Below, in pieces: positions 53,603-64,000 of a DNA stretch of 64,000 nucleotides. Where the stretch lies: positions 71,364,001-71,428,000 of the forward strand of contig NC_058368.1 of NCBI RefSeq assembly GCF_018350175.1, read 5' to 3'. The notes under the pieces were generated by a model, which saw only the letters and a program-made list of their open reading frames with translations, was not told the DNA's origin and ran no database searches. Source of the DNA: Felis catus. Its lineage: Eukaryota. Both the position numbers and the translations under genes were made by a program. The stretch's first letter is position 1; each line of letters starts with the position of its first letter.

Positions 53603-56600
53603 GTAAGTCATTAAGCTGCAATGCCAAGTGAGGGGTTAAAATCTTGATTTATGTTAAAGCATGTCAACACCAAAGGGTGTAAATAGAAGGACAAGTGAAA
53701 TTTGTGGATAAATCACAGTTTTTTGTTATTTTTTTAAAAAAATATTTTGTACTTGGTGATGTGTAGGGAAGTCAGAATTCCCTTCACAGGGAAGTCTAGA
53801 GACATCTGACTTCTGAATAAATGATAGTTTACAATGTTCCCAATTCTTTTGAAAATGGTAATGAAAAAGATCACAGGATCCTAAGAATGGGAAATGACTT
53901 TTCTGTATTACTTTAATATTTTCAATAAATCTAACCTAGCTTCCCTGTATAGTCAGATGTCACGAAATTCAGCCTCTTAATTGAAATGGATTAAGGAAAA
54001 CAAAGTGTGCCTCATTCTATTAAGTGTCACGTACTTTAAGAAGTACATATTTCTACCAGTTAAAGAAAAGTGATCACTGTCCACTTAATTCATAGTTCCT
54101 CTATATTTAATAAGTGTTCTTTAAATAGTTTTTGTTGCATATAAAGAACAAGGGCATACCCTTTTTCTTAATCAAGGTAATGTGTGTGTGTGTGTGTATG
54201 TATGTGTGTACATATATATATATATACACGCACACACACATACCATTATGTTAACTAGTGGATGACAAGGCGGTACCATCTGTGAATATGATTATTCAGT
54301 CTGATTACTGACATGAAGATGGTGAAAGATTACAGGAAGGATTCTAAATTCGAAGATGTTATTGGATATATGATTTATTTCACTTTTTAAATTGTTTTTG
54401 CCCATATGCGTTCTGAAGAGACTTGACCCTTTCTAGGCTGGGAGACTCCATGCTGTGTTCAAAGCCTGAAGGCAGAAAAAAAATTGTAAAGATTTAACAG
54501 GCATTATGTGACGTTAAATAGCAGATGAGAAAACCAGTATCATAGGGACATATCTAAACACTTTTTTAATCAAACAAAAAAGTATTAAATAAGAATTCAT
54601 AATGATTACTCTAGTTGTTAGAAGTTTTCACCATGTTGTAATAGCTAACAGGATGTCAAACATTTTGCCCTCGCAAGTTTTTGCAATTTGCAATTTTCAA
54701 ACGTGAGACCTGTTGAAAGTACAAGTGATAATGGACAAACTATACCCCCTACAGTCTTTGTCCCACCAAATCTTTCTTCAATTAATGCTGCAGCAGGAGT
54801 TTTATGTAATAACATTTGCGGTTGTGAGCCATCCATAGAAAGAAAAAACAATTAAAATGCCTTAAATGTTCTGCTTACTGCTGTTATTTGCTTGTGTGAA
54901 TGTTGCATGTCAGCTAAATGGACCAAGGAATAGATAAAGTGATTGGGTGCGGGAGAGTGCACACCAAGCTTTGTCTATCATTATTGCTGGGAGCAATCAA
55001 ATTGATGTCAGCAGGACAGTAGATGCGTTGACAGCTGTAATTATGTATCTCCATGGTGATCACTTTTGGCCTGTCATGGAGGCCCACGAGTCCCCTCCCT
55101 TGGAAGCATTTAATCAGATTGGGCTGTCACTTGTCAGGTAGACATGGCGGGCTGGGAGTTGGACTGAGGGGGAGAGGTGAATGGAGCATGAAGGGTGGGA
55201 GACGGCTGGTAGTTTCACACGGTCCACCGTTGATACAGAAGAAAGACATTTAAATTACGCTACATGTTTTCTGAGCAATGGCTTGAGACCCTCAATACAC
55301 AGGTGCCTGGGTGTTGGTGTTTCCTCCTTGCCTCTTTAACTAGATCAGTTGGTTTTAATTTAGGAAACTTTTTGGTTATTACCCTTTTTTTTTTTGGTCA
55401 CAGGAATACATACTTGAACGTTAACTTACAGTTTGTAGTTTTCACTTGCTTTTTTAAGCCTACAATTTACTCATTCTGGCTTTGATGAAGATTTTTTGTG
55501 TGTGTCTTTGATCACCACATTTTATAAATTTGGTAGTTTCTATAATTTTGTTCTCAGAAATTTGGTTACAATTCCATTTGACTTATTCTTAAAGCTTTGT
55601 GTGCAAAAGCTAAGATATATATATGTTTTTGTGTGTAGCCTTTGTTTCCATCGGGGAATAGCAACTTCATTTGACTTTGAATTCATTGTTAGAAATAAAA
55701 AAAGCTGATGATTATTTGAAAACTACATAAGCAGGAAATTATAAGTCAGAGTCTTCATGCTTTGTTACAGTTTTAAATTGGAAATGTTGATTTGCTAATG
55801 AGACATGTGTTTGATTAGAGATGTGTGTTGATTATGTATAATACCTCTTGATTTTACCCTATGTATTTTTAAATTAAAATGACATACCTTCTGTGATCAT
55901 AATTTTAGTAAATGAAATAGTTATATCTAAGAGCCCTAGGTAACTTAACTTTCAGGATGGTGTTGTTCAAAGTGACTAAAATTTTAAATTATGAACCAGA
56001 GAAGAGTGTAACAAATAATCTTTATTGACTATGTTATTTTACCAGTGGGTTGAACATTAAAGTTCTGCGCTAGGTTTGTAGCAGTTTACATAGCAAATAG
56101 GATATATTTAAAGCCAAAGATCTTAGAATTTTTACCAATCTCAATTGGAAACACAGCTTTAGCAAGCATGCTTTGGTTTTAAATAATACATGGTGATAAA
56201 ATGAGCTCTTTAACTTTTTGCTACTAAAATTAAGAAAATGCAAGTTCAGAAGGCTCTTTTCTGCTATGTAAGTTGGATGCCAGCTGCCATTTGGGGGCTC
56301 TGTAAATGTGGGGAGAGGGTAGATTATGATTTTATTGCTTTCACAGCTGCCCCATTAATTCTTTTCTAGTTTTTATCAACACTGTGTATTTCATAGCACT
56401 GAAGTATGTTTTCAGAAAATTGAAAGCCAGGATATTTTTAAGTGTGCTGAGTGACTGTCATTTAAAATTGAGATTTTCATATATGAATGTGAATGTAAAT
56501 ACAAATAACCATACTTTTGTGTTTGCAAATGCAGAGATAAAAGCACTCTGAGTTTGTTATAGTGTTACCTTCTAAAACCTTACGAAGAGAATAATAGTAG

Positions 56601-57794
56601 TGTGATTTTTTTTAAAGATTGAAACTATGCTTTATCTTTTGATGTCACTGTATAATAAAGCCATCATCATACCCTCATGTGGATATCCTAGACAAGAGGT
56701 TCTACATGTGGTCCCTTGATAATTGCCTAAATTAAAATATTAAAGGCCTAACAGCCGCTGTGTTGACCTTTTTCTGCCTTGCTGCAGACAGATGAGCTGC
56801 TGTTTATTAGGAAGGCTTCTTCCCACAGGTGAAGAGCTATGTGAGCTTCCGCTCTTCTCTTCCCACCCCTTTACGATGTTGGGCATCAAAGTCCTGCTGT
56901 TCTGGCAGCTTCGATTAAATTCCTCTATCTTCAAGACCCCTAGGACATGCTTGACAGTCTTAAGTATTTTGATTAGCTTTTAAATACCTCAGATTCCAAA
57001 ACTTAGGCACAATAATTTAATAAATATTTCGTCCTCAGCAACTGCTCATTTTAAAAGTTTTACATGGCTAACCTCTGTGCCTTACTGCTGGTATCAAACT
57101 GGGAGATGAAAACAAGAATCAGCGATGTACTAACTAACTTGTTGGCTGGTTAACAGCAATCAGGCTCTTCAAAAGAATATTTTGAACTTGGGCTATTTTT
57201 TTTCCCCCATGAAAATTGCAAAATCAGAACTCTAATTGGGGCTGTGTCCTTACAAAGCAAAGCTATGAGAAAAGCTGTGTAAACATTAAAGTCTCAGGGG
57301 ACTAACAGTAACAGAGAAAAAATGTACAGTTGAGAGGGTAAGGCAAAAAAGGAAAGTGTTACAGACATGAAAGTCACAGGACCAGCGTTCTTGTAGAGCT
57401 GATGAGCAGAACTCCCGAGTCCTGCTGCATGGCTTGACTGGGGTCCTCCCTGAAGCTCTCAGAAGGGTACAGTGGGGAGTGTGCCTAGAAGGGGCATCAT
57501 TCATGCCATGCTTCAGTTGGAAGACACCAAATAGCTACAAATGCATCCCAGGATAGTGATGTATAAAGTTTTATTGTTGTTATTTTTTGCAGTTTCTTCA
57601 TTCCTTGTTTAGAGTGAGAACAAAAAAATGCGTTCTACTACATGGTATAACAGATCAAGATAATTTGGTCTCTATATGGTTTAGATTGTTTTTCTGTTTT
57701 CCAGAAGTTGAAATGTTACTTGAGATTAAATTATCCATCTGCTCCTTGGAAAATAAATTTGTTGTTAGAAAAATATCTGCACAATATAAAGTGA

Positions 57795-57902
<108 letters not shown>

Positions 57903-58542
57903 TAATGGCTTTGTACATTTTTCTCCTGAAAAACAGTGGAAGTATTAAAATTAAAAAATCTTAAATTGATCCTTTCTCTGAATCATGTGCTGTGTAATTA
58001 AACAAGTAATTATGCATTGATGAAAAAGTGAAAGCAGAGCAGATTTTCTTTCTCTTGAGAAATTTCAACAGCATGTTACTTTGTAATACTCCCCAATCAA
58101 GTCAGTCATTTGCTCGTCCCCAATCAAATCAAATGATGATCCCCTCCCCCAACAATAATTAAGTTATCTAACCAGTGGCTCCAATGCAGCCAATACAGTG
58201 AGCATGAATTACGTTATTTGGTCATCCCTAGAAATTACCTGAGGTGGAAGTATGGATGGCTTGCCATGTCAGGGAGTTGAGCTGATAGGTCATGTTTTTT
58301 GGCATACTTTTTACCATTTCTTTTCCATTTTTATGAATCACTAATTACTTGTGGTGATTGCACATAATTAAGTTTTATGTTAGAGTACAAGATGTCTTTT
58401 TGCCCACCTGTCTTTTGAAATTTGACTTCCCAGAATAAATTAACAATGCTACTCAAATTTTTAGGTCTTTCAAAATCATTAGAATCTTAGGATCTCATAA
58501 AATGTAGGATTCTGACTGCAGTAGTTGAAACTGGGGATTTCA

Positions 58543-58766
58543 TGGGGCGCCGGGGTGGCTCAGTTGGTCAAGCATCCAACTTCGGCTCAGGTCATGATCT
58601 CTTGGTTCGTTAGTTCAAGCCCTGCATTGGGCTCTCTGCTGTCAGCACAGATCCCGTTTTGGATCCTCTGTTCCCTTTTCTCTCTGCCTCACCCCTGCTT
58701 GTGTTTGTTATCTCTCAAAAAATAAACGCTAAAAAAACCCCCAAAAAACAAAAAAAACCAACAAAA
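58543..58766 (+). mobile_element. CAN-SINE (sense)
   Basis: ggggcgccggggtggctcagttgg...; TSD ctggggatttcat. Confidence 0.92.
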
Positions 58767-59788
58767 CCTGGGGATTTCATTTAGAAAATCCTGTTTTCCC
58801 TATCCCGAAGAACGATTTTATTATTACTTTTTTTTTTTTTTTTACTAAAAACCCTTTGTCAGATGGTTTTCTCCCCCAAGTACTTTTTATGTATTTGTAG
58901 CAAACTATTTTTTTATTTTTTTTCACTTAAGTTTTTATAGTAACATTATTAAAGTGAACTTTAGGTATTTCATTTGTTAGAGAAGTGCTATTTAATTTAA
59001 AAATAAAAAAACAAAAAAATTATAGATTGATTTTGATATATGTGGTTCCATTTTTTGATGAATACATTTCTGTTCAGAAAAGTGGCCTGCAAATAAATTT
59101 TCAACCTGGCTTGATACTGAGGAGCTGATGAAATGTACCAAAGTAATTGTAAACTATAGACTGACTAATGTAATAGAAAAATATTTTATGAGTAGGTAAA
59201 GTCTTATTTTAACAAGCAAATTAGCAATAAAATATCATTTATTGCTTGTATTTAATTGCTAATTTGTTTAAGATTCTTATAAATAGGCACAAAATCATAT
59301 AGAACAGTAAGACCCTTCTGTTTTTGTAATACAAGAACAGTTTGCTTCTATGCTATGTTATGTGTAAAAGTTAGCTATGCAGGGTATCAGACTTGGAAAC
59401 GGCATTTTCGTAGGGAGAGAAAAATCTTGCCTTATCCTTCACTATTCCAGATGTTTATATTCTATCCCAAATGTTCACATTTTGATATCTTTCCTTTTAA
59501 ACTTTTTATGGTTATTTTTATTACGTTGTTGTTTATCTCAAATAGCTCTTTTCTGTGATAGTGAATGTAGGAGAAAAGTCTGAAATATCTTGATTCTGAT
59601 ATTTATTGAGTTTTAAAAAAATCTTAATTGACATACATTATATTAGAAATTGAGCTACTATGAAATTTCAGAGGATGTTTTGGGAAACCTGTTACAAAGT
59701 ATTTTGATTTTTATTAGGATGAATTGTTTGACTTTTAGATAGATTGGTATCTATCTATGTAAATTGTTTTTTGTTTATTTGCTTTTAG

Positions 59789-59935
<147 letters not shown>

Positions 59936-60432
59936 TAACTAGAGAATTCAGTAGAAAATGTGCTTACTATGTATTTAAATAGAAATAAGAAAATTTTCCT
60001 TTGCAGCCCTATACTTTACATATATACCTTAAATTCTTTAATTAACCTTACGGTGCATAATCTTTCCTAGACAAATATTTAGTATTTTATAGGTATGTAT
60101 TGTATGGGAAATGGTTCTTTTTTCTAAAGTCTTTTATAGGCCAGTGCAGCAAATTAACTATTTATTGTCTTTTATTGTTATTGATGGTGTTTTGAAGTAT
60201 GAAGCTTAAGAATGTATGGAGCTATAAAATATAGTGACCTACGGTTGACTAATTTGAGAGTGAGGGAATAGCCTTTTGTGTCTATAAATTAGAGCAAATT
60301 ATGGAATGTCTTCTAGCATATGTAACAGTGTCGCCTCATGTACATAGACATCAGTTCTAATGTCTAACAAAGTCCAGTCCTATGGCCTGTAGAATGTGGA
60401 GTGATAACTGAATCAGGAGTAGCCATTTTATT

Positions 60433-60550
60433 GATTTGTTTATTTTAAAGATTTTATTTTTAACTAATTTTTACACCTAGTGTGGGCTTAAACTTACAAC
60501 CCTGAGATCAAGAGTTGCATGCTCCACTGACTGAGCCCACCAGGTGCCCC
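60433..60550 (-). mobile_element. Short tRNA-like CAN-SINE
   Basis: TSD agccattttatt. Confidence 0.9.
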
Positions 60551-60929
60551 ACAGCCATTTTATTTAAATTATTAAAGCAAAGTTATACTAATCCCCCTTA
60601 AGGAGTAAATTATGTTGTAAGTTGTATTAGCAACTTATTATTAGCATTGAAAAGATCATTTCATTTTAGTCCAACATAAATTATCATCAACTTAAGAATA
60701 ATGGAGTTTACCATCAAATTTAAAGTACAGTTCACTTTGAATTATGAGTGAATAGTGTGGGTCTACGAACATTCCCATAGGAAGGACTGGCTGTATAGTT
60801 TTGTTCTTTTCTCATGGCTTACTAAAACAGTGGAGCTGGGAGGCTAGAATTGGAGGCTGAGGGGATAGAATGTTGGTGGAGTATGATTACTTAGCGCCTC
60901 TCAAGTCCATGCAGAGCTTTTATGTAATT

Positions 60930-61155
60930 TCAAAGGGCTTTCCTTTGAGTGGGCACGACCTGTAGGTCAGAAGGCTTCGCAAGTGGACTACAACTTTGTG
61001 TGAATTAGGAAAAGTGCTCCATTTTCTGGGCGCATCCAGCCCTGAGACAGAGAGCCCAGCTTAGCAATGGAGCATATTAAACCCTTACTCTGCACCCTTG
61101 ACCCAGTGCCTATATGCAGTGAACAGTTTGTACAACTGCACAGTAGTGACTCAGG
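60930..61155. mobile_element. hAT-Tip100-type relic (MER45/MER91-like)
   Basis: tgggcacgacctgtaggtc and atgcagtgaacagtttgtacaactg resemble recalled terminal motifs. Confidence 0.45.
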
Positions 61156-61199
61156 ACAATTTAGTGACTCTATTTTTACATATTTTCCTTTCCCTGATC

Positions 61200-61427
61200 A
61201 TTAAAAAATTTTTTTAAATGTTTATTTTTGAGAGAGAGAGAGAGAGGGAGGGAGGGAGGGAGAGAGATTGTGAGCGGGGGAGGGGTCAAGGGAGAGGGAA
61301 GCACAGGATCCGAAGCAGGCTCCAGACACTGAGCTGTCAGCATGGAGCCTGATGCGGGGCTCGAACTCACTAGCCGTGAGACTGAGCCGAAGTCGGATGC
61401 TTAACCAACTGAAACACCTAGGCACCC
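61200..61427 (-). mobile_element. CAN-SINE
   Basis: Typical antisense body. Confidence 0.9.
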
Positions 61428-62371
61428 CTCTTCTTGTTTTAATATATGGCAATTAAGTCATATAATCATTGCTTTTAATCACTTTTCTCTTCTAGCTTTT
61501 CTTTTGTTATACGTGGAGAAACTTCTTCCCTCCCTTCCCTTTTACTGTCACTCTCTTTTCTTCCCATTTGTTAACAGGTAATCAGTGATTGTATCTAATC
61601 TCATGTGCTAGTGATTCACCTCTGTCAATGAAAGGAAAACAGTTCTCAAGTGAACCTAAAAATAAAATCCATAACCTCAGTATCCACAGCGTATACCAAT
61701 TTGAAAAATCCCCTTCACGTTCTTTCTAGCTCATTCTCTAGTTCTTTTTTAGCCTTAATTGTGGAGTATTTACTGGTTTTTAAACTCTGCCATGTTCCAT
61801 CATGAGCCATCATGAGCAGCAGCTACATATTTTCTCTGTACATTGGTTAAGTAGGCTTGGAGGGGTTTATTTTCCTTAGAAATAGTATTCCCCCAGAAAT
61901 ACTTCAGTGCATGTTTGGAACACACATCTAATTTGGGTGTATGTTGGTCTCTGTGTGTTTAACTACACACACATACAGACATAAAAAAGGTACTTGGGAA
62001 TATTATCCCCAGAGGCCTTCAAAGTATTTGTAAGAGCTTTCTAGATTCCTCCCCCCATCAGTATCTTTGTAATTTTTATTATGGTTGTTGAATTGTTGGA
62101 TTTTGGTTAATTTCAGTTTTGTTCCAATGAGCTTGAGTGGTAAATTCATGAATTTGAGATAGTCCATTTGTGTAAGAATATTTTGTCAAATCACATCTCT
62201 ATTAAGCTTTGATGTAATGTAGTGCCATGGCATATGGGCACTTGGTCAAAATATTAGCGTTGTATTCTCCTCTGTCTATTCTGAAAGGAATACTCTAACA
62301 TAGTTATAGAGTACACTTTCATCTTTTATATTTAAATGAATGTTTGCCACTGAATTTACTTACTTTACTTA

Positions 62372-62372
<1 letters not shown>

Positions 62373-62405
<33 letters not shown>
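62373..62405. repeat. (TG)n microsatellite, about 16 units
   Basis: Read directly. Confidence 0.95.
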
Positions 62406-62408
<3 letters not shown>

Positions 62409-62559
62409 ATAAATGTTCACCAGTTACCACATTTTTAAATTAAAGTGACTTAAATACAGAGTAGTAGGCTTGCTGTTATTCTCCTAACTTTGTATGTATT
62501 TTCCAGGCCTTTTTCCAGGCCTAGTTTGAAAAGGCCTTTGGTTCACTCTGATAAAATAG

Positions 62560-62760
62560 AAATCAGAGGGGCCTAGGTTCCTATCCTGTCATGACACCTT
62601 TTAGTAACTATGTGAGTTTTGTCAAGTTACTTTGTCTCCCTGCATCTCATACTCTACATTTAAAAGTGGAGCGTTAGCCTCTGCTCTGTAAATTAGTAGT
62701 GAAGATGAACTGAAGTTAGGTACACGAAAGGGCTTGGCATGGTACCAGCTCAATAACTTG
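62560..62760 (+). mobile_element. MIR
   Basis: cctaggttcctatcctg...tagtaactatgtgagttttgtcaagttacttt...gtgaagatgaactgaag...ttggcatgg..agctcaataa. Confidence 0.65.
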
Positions 62761-62999
62761 AGTTCCTATCTTCTTCTGTCCTCTCATTACAGTTGTAAAA
62801 CCACGTATTTAAAGATCATATGTCATGAGTCATTATCAGTCAGTCAGTGACATGGGAAATTGATGAAGCCATAGATAAATAACATTGAAAACCCATTTGG
62901 GGTCATTCCTGGTACTGTGTGCTGGGTTACTTGTTTTCATTGCACACTGTTCTTCTTCAAAGCATTTACTGTAACTATAATTAAAATATTAGTTGCCTG

Positions 63000-63145
63000 A
63001 CTAATTGCTAAATGTTGGATTATCCCTTAAGAATATTAGGTGCATGTGGGCAGTGATGGTATTTATCTTGTTCACATGTGTATTACTAGGGCTTGATATG
63101 ATCAGTGAGTAATAAGTATTTGTTGAATGAATTAATGAATGAGTG
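63000..63145 (+). mobile_element. L2 3' end
   Basis: atttatcttgttcac...aataagtatttgttgaatgaattaatgaatga. Confidence 0.6.
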
Positions 63146-63434
63146 ACAGTAGCCCTATTTCAAGGAGTTTCTGGTAAATTTGGCATGAAGCATATAGAAA
63201 GGACATAAATTTATAGACGCCATAATACTGGAGTGAAAAATTATGGTGGGAATTCAGATGGGGGAGACATTTTTCTTTTCCCACCTTTGCTTTTGGTTCT
63301 TTGGAAGTAATGTGAGCATTGCCTTAGGTGACTCTCACAAGTGACTGTGTTGAGAGTACCTCACTTTATGTTTCCTTCAAACAGCTCCCCAGAGTGGCAG
63401 CATTTTTTTTTTTTTTTTTTAAGACTGGTAACTT

Positions 63435-63720
63435 ACTGTGGAGGTGAAATATAGGAGAGAGCACACTCAGGCCTGTTTGGAATATGACTGTTGTCTTTTG
63501 GGAAGATAATCTGGTGATGGATGTTAAAAGTGCATACTCTTTGACCGAGCTGTGCAATTTTCAGGAATCTATCCTTCAGAGTTAAAAGATCGAATTGTGA
63601 AGTGATATTTACAAGGACATTTGTGACAGCAGCATTTAAAGTAGCCAAAATTGTAATCAACCATCGTGTCCACCAAATGGATGAACGACCGGATGAATTA
63701 CTGTGCATCTTCACTATAAG
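63435..63720 (+). mobile_element. Old L1ME-type ORF2 3' fragment (sense)
   Basis: caggaatctatcct...acaaggacatttgtgacagcagcatttaaagtagccaaaattg...tgtccaccaaatggatgaa. Confidence 0.65.
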
Positions 63721-64000
63721 TTGCGGCACAGCCGGTACTTGAAGGCCTGTCTGTATGTATTGTTAATAGAAAGGCGGTTCGCAGAGTAGTGTGTGGTGCA
63801 GCCTCACATCAGTTAAGCCACCTTCCCATCCTAAAGTATCTTTACTGTGTTTGGATGAGCACAGAGAAAGATGTGGATGTATACACGTCAGATTGAGATC
63901 TCTCTCTCTCATCTCTCTCTCTCTCTCATAATACATACCTATATATGTTATATATAATATATATAATATATATTGATATTGATACAATTGATACATTGCC

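Noticed and set aside
56163..56273. Consensus GTAAGT donor at 56268 as the pseudoexon donor
   Set aside because: There is no AG 84 nt upstream and the distance to the next exon (about 1550 nt) fits the recalled human position less well than 56370-56450; kept only as an alternative.

Overview
Mammalian genomic DNA, almost certainly from a cat-family (Felidae) genome, judged by the young felid-type CAN-SINE copies. The whole window lies inside one + strand gene, PCCA (propionyl-CoA carboxylase alpha chain, biotin carboxylase domain). Eight GT-AG coding exons of 79, 103, 95, 151, 144, 75, 69 and 76 nt splice into a continuous 792-nt frame ([21 protein letters not shown]...[14 protein letters not shown]...ALDNYVIRG). 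These match human exons 9-16 as I recall them. The supplied ORF track misses all eight exons; its ORFs are repeat-derived or chance. The rest is intron carrying about 41 CAN-SINEs (about 32 antisense, 9 sense by manual count), L1, L2, MIR, MaLR/ERVL LTRs and DNA-transposon relics. I see no new multi-gene system. The best leads are: (i) a probable counterpart of the human PCCA intron-14 poison pseudoexon; (ii) an 8-kb SINE-free zone with blocks rich in developmental transcription-factor motifs, possibly long-range enhancers for neighbouring ZIC2/ZIC5; (iii) a palindromic MER53 element of the miR-1302 source family; (iv) nested and inverted retroelement structures. Repeat boundaries and family names are by eye and approximate.
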